From: a virus
Direction: 5' to 3' (one strand)
IMG/VR virus record: IMGVR_UViG_3300010224_000001
Location: 128,001 to 192,000 of that record
Length of the DNA: 64,000 bases
Numbering within the stretch: position 1 is the first letter of the stretch; the number at the start of each line of letters is the position of its first letter. A program made the position numbers and the translations under genes. The notes under the pieces were generated by a model. It was not told the DNA's origin. It ran no database searches and was given only the letters and a program-made list of their open reading frames with translations. Of this stretch, positions 9,828 to 18,530 are shown piece after piece.

Positions 9828-10109
9828 TTATTTGAGCCCGTGCATCAGTTTATACATCGGACCCGCATTGACTTGAATGCTTTCAAATGGATTACCGTGA
9901 GTATCACATTGTGCTTCAGCCGCAGCCTTACGGAAACGATTGGTTTCCTCCTGAGCACGGCGATCAGCCCATTCCTTACCATGCTTCATATTCGTTTTGT
10001 AAGCATCGCCACCGACTTGATGGCTTATCCATTCCTGACGAATCTTCGAAAGGTTAGCGCGCTTACGTTCAATCGCTTCCTTCTGTTTCTGTTCTTTAGT
10101 TTTGGCCAT
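9828..10109 (-). CDS. hypothetical basic protein
   Basis: MAKTKEQKQKEAIERKRANL start after SD AAGGA. Confidence 0.7.
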   Translation of the reverse strand: MAKTKEQKQKEAIERKRANLSKIRQEWISHQVGGDAYKTNMKHGKEWADRRAQEETNRFRKAAAEAQCDTHGNPFESIQVNAGPMYKLMHGLK

Positions 10110-10122
10110 ACTAGTTCCTTTG

Positions 10123-10989
10123 TTATTTATTGGTCTTTGGTTTCTTGAACGGAGGTTTCCAGCCTTTGAGGTCAGTGCCGAGTTGAATGCCCATGCGCTG
10201 CAGCTTCTGCACAATGACAGCCGCAAACACGTGTGCAACGCCTTTCTTTTCCAGTTCTTCACGGGTGAGTTTAGCCAAGTCGCCCACGTAGTACAAACCC
10301 TTCTTATTAAGATCGTTGATCAGGTATGTAGGGAAGCTAGCTTCCAGCAGAGTCTTATCGTAAGCGGTTTGACCCGTACCACCGACAGCTTTGTCTTCTT
10401 CGGAAGGAATCTTCCAGTCAGGGAATCGGCTATTGAGAACAATACCGAATTCGTGCAACGTATCGCAAACCTGAGCGATACTCTTTTCGCCCACACCACT
10501 GATCTGACGCAGTTGATCGACGGTCATTTGAGCGATCTGGCCGATGTAAACGATTTTGTGGTTAAACAATAGCGCACTGACACGATGATTCAAATTGGTG
10601 TCCACAAGTTTAAGGTCGAGGATATTTTTCAATCCCTTCTTGCTCTTGCGGCCTGCCGGAATCGATTTGTCTTCGACTTTTTCCTCCACATGCTCGTAAG
10701 CCGGGTTGGCGGTTTGGATAGGCAGGAACGCAACGCCTATGTTAAACCCGAGTATTTTTGCTACTGGCACGAACTCTTCCCAGCTGAGATGAGGTTGAAT
10801 CAACGTCATTTTGATCTGAGTGATAATATTCTCACGATCTTTATCGGTGTAGAAATCGCCTTTGAAACTTTGTTCAACATGCGACTTAATTAGAAGATTA
10901 AACTGTGCTTTAGACAAGCTGAGGCCGGTGATGAACTGTTCCAACACTGCTGCCAAGCTGCCGTCATTGATCATGATGTCATTGCTCAT
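10123..10989 (-). CDS. protein with two tandem RNA polymerase alpha-subunit C-terminal domains
   Basis: LNHRVSALL..IVYIGQIAQMTVDQLRQISGVGEKSIAQVCDTL and YYVGDLAKLTREEL..MGIQLGTDLKGWKPP match the RpoA CTD pattern. Confidence 0.8.
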   Translation of the reverse strand: MSNDIMINDGSLAAVLEQFITGLSLSKAQFNLLIKSHVEQSFKGDFYTDKDRENIITQIKMTLIQPHLSWEEFVPVAKILGFNIGVAFLPIQTANPAYEHVEEKVEDKSIPAGRKSKKGLKNILDLKLVDTNLNHRVSALLFNHKIVYIGQIAQMTVDQLRQISGVGEKSIAQVCDTLHEFGIVLNSRFPDWKIPSEEDKAVGGTGQTAYDKTLLEASFPTYLINDLNKKGLYYVGDLAKLTREELEKKGVAHVFAAVIVQKLQRMGIQLGTDLKGWKPPFKKPKTNK

Positions 10990-11073
10990 TTTGTTTATTC
11001 CCTTCTTGTGGTTAAAAAATAAAGTTTCCTCGATAACACACCCCGATGTTCCGGGGTGCGCTATCAAGTTGCT

Positions 11074-12927
11074 TTATTCGGCAAAGTTAGTAGCGTCACC
11101 GAAGCCGTAGGTTTCGAGTTCGATAGCGATCTCTTGCACCATGGTTGCGGAGAAGTCTTTGCCTTTGATACGGTAGGTAGCCGAGAACAGGTTGGTGTTC
11201 TCATCGCTAACCGGAACCGTGCGAGCGTCGCCGAAGCCGTGAGCTTTCAGTTTAGCGTGCAGAGTGCGCGCTTCTTCCATCGACATCGAGATGTCTTTGA
11301 CTTGCACAACGAACTTCAGGTACTTACCACCGGCCAGGTTCGGAGTAGCCGGTTTGGCTTCAGGAGTGGTCGTGGTATTGGTTTTGGTCATGGTTGCCTT
11401 TTCATCTTTCGGAGTGTTGATAATGCCAGCTTCACGCGCTGCGTTAGCTGCGATCATTGCGCCAGGCGTGTTAGCTTTCTTGGCAGCTGCGTCCATCACA
11501 TCGGCCAGCATGTCGCGACCTTGTTCGGTAGCGCCAATTTGACGGATGGTTTCTTCGCTAGCTTTGAGAAGGTCGTCACGCGCCCCTTTCAGCGTCGCGC
11601 CGAGCGGAGCCACAGCGCCACCTTTATTGACATGATCCATGTCAGCCGCGATCTGTTTAGCCAGCCCGTGGATTTCAGGCGAAACGAACGGCGTTTTGAC
11701 CGGCTCATTCAGAGTTGCGGCCACAGGAGCTTGCGGTTGCAGGTTCGGCAGTTCTTCCTGTTTCGCTTCGGCAGCTTTCGTTTCGACCACCGGTGCTGCA
11801 TTCGGATCAACCGGACGAGCCACATCGCGTTTCAGGCGATACTTGAAAGAACGAGTACCTTCCATCTTCTCGCGTTCGAACCAGTCGTGGTCCAGGTGCA
11901 GTTTCGAAATCCGCACTTGGGTCGACTTCGGATTAAAGCCGAGATCCGACAACAGCAGGCCGACGTCTTGCGCCGTGTACTGCTTGAAGTCGCGCATCAT
12001 CTTCCAGATAGCCAGGTCCCAGCTATCGCCTTTGCGCACTACCAGATCCTCTTCCAGCGGTGTCAGAGGCAGGACTTGCTTGGCAGGCGTTTGCTCTTGC
12101 ATCGTTTCCTCCTTCACTTGGTGGGTTTGAGTTACAGCCGGAGCGTTCGTATTGACGACACGGTCCGAATAGTCCTTCTCATTACGCGAATGGAAGGTAG
12201 TGGTCGAATTGACCTTGATTTCATTTGCCGGAGTCTTGACTTCTTGATTCTCCGGTTTCGGGAACGGAATGTTCTTCTTGAGAGCATACTTGGTTTTATT
12301 CCCGGTTCCAGTACGGTCGTACCAGTGCTTGTTCGCCAGGAAGATCACCCGATCCCTGACGATGTGCGGTGCGAATCCGAACGTTCTAGCCAGTTCCCCG
12401 ATTTCATCCAGGGACCTATTCTTGCGATCACGCGTGAGTTTCCACAGCGTGCAGTCGAGCCCTTCAGCCGGATCGACCTTCGCCATCGGATCGTATTGCG
12501 AGATCGGCGCCGAGGCAGCGCGTTGTTTGTAATGACGGAAACCTTGTTCTTTTTGGTTATTATTGGGCATTTCTACACCTTTCTTCATGGAGTAAATCGG
12601 ATTCTCAGGACGACCGGTCGTGAGGAAGTAACCGCTGTTATGCAACAGCTTGAGCATTGTAACGACATCTTCGCTTGGGACGAGATGGATTTCGAATACA
12701 CGCTCAACTTCACTTGCTGTACGACCTTTGTAGTCGGCCATGACGCGCCAAATGTTTTCTAATGTGTCACCCTCCGGATCAAGTTGAATCGAGCTGGTCG
12801 GTGCCTTGGGCGCAACCGATACCAACGTAGCGGGCTTCTTGTTTTCTTTCAACAAGCTACCCAATTGGGATAAGTCCTTGATTACTGCTCCTGGACCGTT
12901 CTTATTGTCTTTTTTGGCTGACATCAC
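11074..12927 (-). CDS. multi-domain protein with three winged-helix-like repeats
   Basis: Three ~60 aa repeats (IWRVMADYKGRTASEV; LWKLTRDRKNRSLDEI; IWKMMRDFKQYTAQDV), each ending Y.(L/M)K(K/R). Confidence 0.7.
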   Translation of the reverse strand: MMSAKKDNKNGPGAVIKDLSQLGSLLKENKKPATLVSVAPKAPTSSIQLDPEGDTLENIWRVMADYKGRTASEVERVFEIHLVPSEDVVTMLKLLHNSGYFLTTGRPENPIYSMKKGVEMPNNNQKEQGFRHYKQRAASAPISQYDPMAKVDPAEGLDCTLWKLTRDRKNRSLDEIGELARTFGFAPHIVRDRVIFLANKHWYDRTGTGNKTKYALKKNIPFPKPENQEVKTPANEIKVNSTTTFHSRNEKDYSDRVVNTNAPAVTQTHQVKEETMQEQTPAKQVLPLTPLEEDLVVRKGDSWDLAIWKMMRDFKQYTAQDVGLLLSDLGFNPKSTQVRISKLHLDHDWFEREKMEGTRSFKYRLKRDVARPVDPNAAPVVETKAAEAKQEELPNLQPQAPVAATLNEPVKTPFVSPEIHGLAKQIAADMDHVNKGGAVAPLGATLKGARDDLLKASEETIRQIGATEQGRDMLADVMDAAAKKANTPGAMIAANAAREAGIINTPKDEKATMTKTNTTTTPEAKPATPNLAGGKYLKFVVQVKDISMSMEEARTLHAKLKAHGFGDARTVPVSDENTNLFSATYRIKGKDFSATMVQEIAIELETYGFGDATNFAE

Positions 12928-12987
12928 ACTCCCTGCGATAAAAAGTACATGTGATAGTTATTCACAATGGTACGGACTAGAAACTTC

Positions 12988-13674
12988 TTAGATCAACTCG
13001 ACCTTGACATGCGTGAAGCCCAACAGCTTTGCGCAGAACAGGTAGTTGCTGTACGACATTTTCTTATCGATAAAGACCTTCATGATTTCGCTGTGTTTCG
13101 ACCACCGCTGGATGTCGTCGTTGCGAGCATTGACAACCAGTTCTTCTTCCAGACGGTCCTTGAATGCGTCGGTAGTAATGTGAAGACGCAACAGCATGGT
13201 TAAGAAAGCTTGGCCCCAGAACGAGTCCTGATCAACTTCATGACCAAGCGTCCACTCGATCGGTTGTTCTACCGAGTAACGACCAGGAATTTCCTCCTTC
13301 TTGTGAATGGGTTCTTCGAGTTTCAGGAGATTCTTGAAGAAGTTTGACAGTTCCGTCGCTGTCAGCGTAGCCACCAAGCCGTTGATGAAATCCACAGCTT
13401 GTTCCAGGTCCGACGACATTTGCTGACGGACAACTGTTTCGACGAGGTCGGTAAATTGCTCGTCTTCCGATTTCCCTTTGAGGAACTCTTCTTCTGCGCT
13501 GAGAATGCAACGCATGTAGAACTTGAAACGGCTGATGGTTTCCGACGGGATCACTTGATCCACCGAAGCTTTCAGAGCGATGACTGCCTTTTCGACGGCA
13601 GCTTCGACCTTCATCATGTCGTCGTTAATTTTCGTCATATCGCTATTGGCCAGAGCTACCAAATTTTTGTCCAT
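12988..13674 (-). CDS. hypothetical protein (C-terminal motif shared with the alpha-CTD protein)
   Basis: MSYSNYLFCAKLLGF vs LSWEEFVPVAKILGF. Confidence 0.7.
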   Translation of the reverse strand: MDKNLVALANSDMTKINDDMMKVEAAVEKAVIALKASVDQVIPSETISRFKFYMRCILSAEEEFLKGKSEDEQFTDLVETVVRQQMSSDLEQAVDFINGLVATLTATELSNFFKNLLKLEEPIHKKEEIPGRYSVEQPIEWTLGHEVDQDSFWGQAFLTMLLRLHITTDAFKDRLEEELVVNARNDDIQRWSKHSEIMKVFIDKKMSYSNYLFCAKLLGFTHVKVELI

Positions 13675-13698
13675 TTTACTTTTCCTTGTAATTGATTA

Positions 13699-13995
13699 TT
13701 AGAAGAAGAACCAACGTTTTACTGCACGATCCACCAGCACTACCGGCAGATCCACCTCATCGGCGATCTGTTCGATAGTTTGCAGGTTACCCTGATGATT
13801 GAGCATGCTCACCATCTCATCGAGACGGAAGCGTTTACCTGCCAGCAAGAGCTTACGCAGATTCTCTGCGCGTTCCTTGCGTTTCTGTTCAGCCTGTTCT
13901 TTGGCATCCATGAAGAAGATACCGAAGGTGACTTTGGCGACACCGCTAATTACGTCTGCTAGCGGATTGTTTTCGTAATTATCTTTCGTACCCAT
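13699..13995 (-). CDS. hypothetical protein, possible HTH
   Basis: TIEQIADEVDLPVVLVDRAVKR. Confidence 0.6.
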   Translation of the reverse strand: MGTKDNYENNPLADVISGVAKVTFGIFFMDAKEQAEQKRKERAENLRKLLLAGKRFRLDEMVSMLNHQGNLQTIEQIADEVDLPVVLVDRAVKRWFFF

Positions 13996-14052
13996 ATTGT
14001 ACTCCTGCTAGGTAATAATTTAAAGGGGTAACTCGAAGATGCGAATATGCGA

Positions 14053-14274
14053 TTATTTTTTATCGATCGATTCGAGGAAACTGTTGATAGATTGCGAGCT
14101 TTGTTGCATACGTGACAGAATGCCTTGAGTCCTTTCCAAGTACTCACGATTGGCTTCAATCATGCGGTGATTGGTTTCGATCATACGTTGCTGGATCGTA
14201 CTGATGTTACCCAGAGCTTCGGAAGCATTTTGGGTATCTTTGATTTTGTTACGCCAGCCATTAAAAATACTCAT
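14053..14274 (-). CDS. hypothetical coiled-coil protein
   Basis: ORF with SD GGGAG. Confidence 0.6.
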   Translation of the reverse strand: MSIFNGWRNKIKDTQNASEALGNISTIQQRMIETNHRMIEANREYLERTQGILSRMQQSSQSINSFLESIDKK

Positions 14275-14346
14275 TCGAACTCCCTTGAAGATGCGAACAT
14301 AAGAGATGCATTGGAGAAGGCTTTCGCCCTCTCCAATGCATTCTTA

Positions 14347-14700
14347 CTAGAATGGTAAGATGGTAAACACTTTACCAAGGAATTGGTATAACAATATCCC
14401 TTCAGCAAAGAGCATGATGCTCATGGTAATTCGCCAACGTGGATAAGATATCCAGACGTCACTGGCAAACCAGAAGCATGTTGCAAGAAGTAATAGCGCG
14501 CCCATGTCAGAGAAGTCTTGACTGGTAGTCACACGTTCTGGTGGTAAGAGACCCCATAGATACTCCCGCATGGGAAGTGGGAAGAATCCGTAGATAGTAA
14601 CTAAGAAGCCATCTGTGCCAAAACAGAATAGCCATACAGAGCTACCAAACGATAGAACAGCTAAGACAAGGTCAGAAAACACTACACGTAATGCACTCAT
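14347..14700 (-). CDS. hypothetical membrane protein
   Basis: 3-4 hydrophobic segments. Confidence 0.6.
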   Translation of the reverse strand: MSALRVVFSDLVLAVLSFGSSVWLFCFGTDGFLVTIYGFFPLPMREYLWGLLPPERVTTSQDFSDMGALLLLATCFWFASDVWISYPRWRITMSIMLFAEGILLYQFLGKVFTILPF

Positions 14701-14747
14701 CGCTATTACCCCTTTTGCAACATGGAAGAATTAGTCGATCAACTGTA

Positions 14748-15233
14748 TTACCAGTCTTGTTCAGCAAAACCTTTGTTCTGCAACCACTGAGCGATTGCGG
14801 GATAGTTTCGGATCTTATCCCAATCGGTGTGAGCGATTGTTTTAGCGCCTTTATAATCACCCCAGAGAATCTCAGCAGCGACTTGACGCACGCAGCTTAC
14901 ACCACGACCGTCATTTTCGTTTTCTTGCAGCTTTGTCAGCTCGTAAGACAGCTCGATGTGTTCTTTGATACCACGCAGCTTCTCGAGATTGCGAATGTCG
15001 AAGCATGCTAACGCACTGCCGTGAATACCTGGATTAGCGATCAGGTAGGGATGCTCTTTGATGGAATCCCAGATGTCTTGACATTCGAAGAAAACTGGAT
15101 TACCATCTCGCGGCCATCCTTTTTGAAGTCTGACTGCTTCAGCGGGAGTGGTGCCGCCACATTGTAAACGAAACACTTCTTCGCTAGTAAGGGCGCCGTT
15201 TCTTTGCAACTCCGCCGTTTTCTTACTATCCAT
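14748..15233 (-). CDS. hypothetical protein
   Basis: Start MDSKKTAELQ after SD AAGGAG. Confidence 0.7.
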   Translation of the reverse strand: MDSKKTAELQRNGALTSEEVFRLQCGGTTPAEAVRLQKGWPRDGNPVFFECQDIWDSIKEHPYLIANPGIHGSALACFDIRNLEKLRGIKEHIELSYELTKLQENENDGRGVSCVRQVAAEILWGDYKGAKTIAHTDWDKIRNYPAIAQWLQNKGFAEQDW

Positions 15234-15411
15234 CTTGTTCTCCTTTGATGATATCTGCTTCAAGTTTATTAAGACTGGCGAGATCATTCTGGATAATGAA
15301 GTCAGCAGCCAAACCTTTTTGAACAACCGTTACGTTCGGAGCGCGAATGATGCGATGAAGTACCGCGGCAAAATCACGCGGTACAGGAATCGACTGGATT
15401 ACAGCCATCAC
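15226..15411 (-). CDS. small hypothetical protein
   Basis: SD GAGGTG; overlaps the next gene. Confidence 0.55.
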   Translation of the reverse strand: MMAVIQSIPVPRDFAAVLHRIIRAPNVTVVQKGLAADFIIQNDLASLNKLEADIIKGEQDG

Positions 15412-15418
15412 CCACCTC

Positions 15419-15574
15419 TTAGTTGAAGAAGCGGATCAAGGTCCAGACGCAGCCAGCCAGGATCGGCAGCGAGACAATCCAGGTGATCTTAGCATCGCTC
15501 TTCTCACGATTAGCGACTGCGATATTTTTAGCGATGTTCGATTCGTTGAAATTGTTTTGACGGTATTGGTTCAT
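15419..15574 (-). CDS. small membrane protein
   Basis: C-terminal TM helix; first gene after an early promoter. Confidence 0.6.
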   Translation of the reverse strand: MNQYRQNNFNESNIAKNIAVANREKSDAKITWIVSLPILAGCVWTLIRFFN

Positions 15575-15641
15575 GATGTTTCCTTTACTTGTAATTGATA
15601 AGAGAATTAGTTTGAATGCATTCTTGCTCCATTTCAATCTA

Positions 15642-15660
15642 GTTATATATACCTGAAAAA
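15642..15660 (-). promoter_or_regulatory. phage early promoter (phiKZ TATATTAC-like)
   Basis: TTTTTCAGGTATATATAAC; motif recurs at 31032, 51796 and 57765. Confidence 0.7.
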
Positions 15661-15678
15661 ATCTAGCTCCATATGGAC

Positions 15679-15729
15679 GTCATAAAGCCTTAACCTAGCC
15701 CTCGTAAGAGAGCCAGGTTAAGTATGACT
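15679..15729. terminator. terminator hairpin
   Basis: TTAACCTAGCCCTC-GTAA-GAGAGCCAGGTTAA flanked by GTCATA/TATGAC. Confidence 0.7.
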
Positions 15730-16499
15730 TAGAGATCTTCGTAGAACTTGGTAATGTGAGCATTCGGCAGACTTAAGAATTGCTTCATCTCTTTCACGAC
15801 CGCCTTCTGTTCTTCAGTTAAGTTCGGATCTTTACTGTCGAACACCTGCTCGAAGCCTTCTGGAAACGGTGGAATCTCAACTGATCTATCAGGCACTTCT
15901 AAATCAATCTTACACCACGGGAAGTATTTCGGTCGATCGTTATATACCTCGCCACCAGGTACAACAAACATATCGACTTCCCAAGTCAGATTCGTTCCAG
16001 AGTAAGCAATGGGTTCTGAACTGCCAGGAATGAAGTAAGGTTTCTTACCACTTTCAGGAATGTCAAACCGATAACGATGTTTTGCCATGCCTGAATCAGC
16101 CAAAATCTTAAAGGCTTTGAAAGCGTCAGAAGAAGATTCATCTGGAATCTCTAAAGCATCACCTTCTTTAGTTTTGATCTTGATGGTTTGGACGTACTGT
16201 GTAGGAGACCTTACAGCGACTAAACCACCATCAATCATCCCTTTAGGTGTAATACGACGAACGCGGATTGAACCAGTGCCTGCATTCTCCTCAGTCTTAT
16301 CGTACCAAAGTCCCCACTGTTCCTGAATCTCAACACTACGTGCATTATTGAGAATATTCTCGTCCTCGAGTTTAGCGTAAAACATATACTCGATTTCTTT
16401 GGTTACCTTACCGTCAGCTTTCTCTTCTTCTAACGCAACCTTCTGTGCAGATTGAAAAATAGAAGTTAGTAACTGAGTACGGTATTGTGCATTAGACAT
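15729..16499 (-). CDS. CYTH/triphosphate-tunnel-like protein
   Basis: EIE motif near the N-terminus, RVRR, KHRYRF, WEVDMF, IDLEV. Confidence 0.65.
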   Translation of the reverse strand: MSNAQYRTQLLTSIFQSAQKVALEEEKADGKVTKEIEYMFYAKLEDENILNNARSVEIQEQWGLWYDKTEENAGTGSIRVRRITPKGMIDGGLVAVRSPTQYVQTIKIKTKEGDALEIPDESSSDAFKAFKILADSGMAKHRYRFDIPESGKKPYFIPGSSEPIAYSGTNLTWEVDMFVVPGGEVYNDRPKYFPWCKIDLEVPDRSVEIPPFPEGFEQVFDSKDPNLTEEQKAVVKEMKQFLSLPNAHITKFYEDL

Positions 16500-16506
16500 A
16501 ACGGAC

Positions 16507-17103
16507 CTATTTAAAGTTAAACAATACCTTGATGACTTCAGTTACAGATTTTAGTAGCGTGCTTACCACTTCGCCATTACCTGGCATCTTATCGTTTTTG
16601 ATTGCTAAAAAAATCATCGTTACCACAACCATGGCGACTAACACCATCGATGTGATAATGCAGAACTTAATTAACCAGCGTTTGAGTTTTCTATCTTCAC
16701 GTGCAGAGGTTGTCGAATCTTCTTCAGCGTCTTCTTCATCTTCGTCAGTATGATGATGCTGATGATTTTGATGAGAAGGCGAATAAGGTTCTGATGAAGT
16801 AAGAGGCGGTCCAGGCGGAACCATTGTCTCAGACTTATGCAAGTAGAGATTTAAAAGACGATGTTGAGACTTAAGAGGTAGATGCGCCATGCCGTCTTTC
16901 AAAGTGATCCCTAACGAATCGCCTGTAACTGGAAAGACTTCTTCACTTAGCGGAGTAGAACCGTCGTCTAACACATCGTCCATGATGACACTATTGTAAT
17001 TGATAATCAAATCAGCTAAAGCAAGATTACTCGCTAACTGCTTTGATAAAATTACATCATCTAGAACGTTGTTCAATATCCTTCGAATGACAAGCATGAT
17101 CAC
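16507..17103 (-). CDS. membrane protein
   Basis: Long TM helix followed by an amphipathic C-terminal helix; adjacent to spanins. Confidence 0.6.
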   Translation of the reverse strand: MIMLVIRRILNNVLDDVILSKQLASNLALADLIINYNSVIMDDVLDDGSTPLSEEVFPVTGDSLGITLKDGMAHLPLKSQHRLLNLYLHKSETMVPPGPPLTSSEPYSPSHQNHQHHHTDEDEEDAEEDSTTSAREDRKLKRWLIKFCIITSMVLVAMVVVTMIFLAIKNDKMPGNGEVVSTLLKSVTEVIKVLFNFK

Positions 17104-17471
17104 TCCTTCTTCTGAGGAGTGTTAACTTCTTTAATCACTTTGGCTTTCCACTCACGCAGCTTCTTGAACTTAACATTACACGATTGCAGGTTAGTGACTT
17201 GTTTCGTATTGACACGAATCAACAGACCTTCGCGTTCCCGTAAGTTAGCAATCTCGTTGAGCGCTACATCGATTTCACTTGTACCGATCCGTGTGCCATA
17301 GTTAGCTAAATACACTGACTTTGCCGGAGGCGGTTCGATGTCACAATCTTGCAGCAGGCTATCGTCAGGCGTCACAGCAATGAATCGAACTTCAGGTGGT
17401 AACGGTTGCGGTGTTTGGCAAGCAGCCAGCATGAAACACATCAGCAGCATTAAGTACAGATAGTTACGCAT
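17100..17471 (-). CDS. o-spanin (Rz1-like lipoprotein)
   Basis: MRNYLYLMLLMCFMLAAC lipobox, Pro-rich segment, LLQDCDIEPPP, SCN; overlaps the i-spanin 3' end. Confidence 0.75.
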   Translation of the reverse strand: MRNYLYLMLLMCFMLAACQTPQPLPPEVRFIAVTPDDSLLQDCDIEPPPAKSVYLANYGTRIGTSEIDVALNEIANLREREGLLIRVNTKQVTNLQSCNVKFKKLREWKAKVIKEVNTPQKKE

Positions 17472-17919
17472 GAGAAGCTCCTTGTTCAGTAGTTTGGCAT
17501 TCCGGTGCAGAGTCATTACCGATACAGTAAGACTCCCACAAGCTATCAATTCGAGCAGCGCTAATTTGTTCTTGCTTACTAACCTCATTAGCGACTGTTG
17601 TGGGTTTCGTTGCAAAGGTTTGGTCAATCGCTACGGTCTTTTCTTCTAAGCGTTTCGTAACAGTTTCTTGCTTCTTGACTACCTTAGCAGTTTCAGTAGT
17701 GACAGCTACCTGGGTGTCTTCATTAATAGCCGCTACTTTCTCTTGCGTATCAATCGCTTTGTTTTGCGTGATAATCGTGTGCGCTTGTTGAGCATTCGTT
17801 ACAGTTAAGTTAGTGATCTTCTTATCATTACTGTAGCTGTGCCACATGAACATACCAACAAAAGCTACCAGTAATAAAACGAATACTGATTTTACCACCA
17901 CGTCGACATTCTTTAACAT
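17464..17919 (-). CDS. i-spanin (Rz-like)
   Basis: N-terminal TM helix, coiled coil, C-terminal Cys pair. Confidence 0.7.
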   Translation of the reverse strand: MLKNVDVVVKSVFVLLLVAFVGMFMWHSYSNDKKITNLTVTNAQQAHTIITQNKAIDTQEKVAAINEDTQVAVTTETAKVVKKQETVTKRLEEKTVAIDQTFATKPTTVANEVSKQEQISAARIDSLWESYCIGNDSAPECQTTEQGASHA

Positions 17920-18494
17920 GATATTTCCTTAAGAGCTAGATAGTCCGCGTAAGCGACTGCTAATGCGTCGATCGCGTGTTCGTCTAAAGCTGTAATTGGG
18001 TAAGGCCCACCCCAGCGTAACTGGGACATGTTCGTTACCTTTTCTTTCATAACGTCTTTATCAGCACCGCCCTTCGCACCGACTGCTTTCTTAACACTCG
18101 GTGGATCGTAAGTCTGAATCCGGCGCCATCTATCGTAATTCCATACCGTGTCGCGAATCGCAGCTAGGATTTCGACAAGCGAACCATAAGCCATCGGCCG
18201 ACGAGGATTGTAAAAAGGTGATTCACAAGCGATGCGAACTGGATTGTAAAAGTTAAAGCAACGATCTAGTTCGGTCATCAAGGTATAAATACGTGCAGCA
18301 CGCTCACCATGCATTTCAATCGCCCATGAATCTTTAGGCATGAATTTCAATGCAGTGACGGTAAATGCAACTGAAGCAAGAATTTCAAACGTACCAAACT
18401 CGACTGTCAGAATACCTACACCCAGGTGATGTGTGCCTGGGTCAATACCTAAAATGTTGAAGTATGGACGAGTGCCTACTGGCATGGTGAGCAT
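17913..18494 (-). CDS. ruvC: RuvC-like Holliday junction resolvase
   Basis: ILGIDPG, IACESPF, PPSVKKAVG..ADK, EHAIDALAV. Confidence 0.9.
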   Translation of the reverse strand: MLTMPVGTRPYFNILGIDPGTHHLGVGILTVEFGTFEILASVAFTVTALKFMPKDSWAIEMHGERAARIYTLMTELDRCFNFYNPVRIACESPFYNPRRPMAYGSLVEILAAIRDTVWNYDRWRRIQTYDPPSVKKAVGAKGGADKDVMKEKVTNMSQLRWGGPYPITALDEHAIDALAVAYADYLALKEISC

Positions 18495-18530
18495 AGTGCA
18501 CCTTTATTTCAAAACACTAAAACTTAGTTA

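Noticed and set aside
11056-12762. 568 aa plus-strand ORF
   Set aside because: Antisense shadow of 11074..12927; the same applies to 26327..27193, 27206..28063, 28323..29249 and 39389..40537
17472-17627. N-terminal extension of the o-spanin ORF in the track
   Set aside because: The lipoprotein signal and SD indicate the true start at 17471
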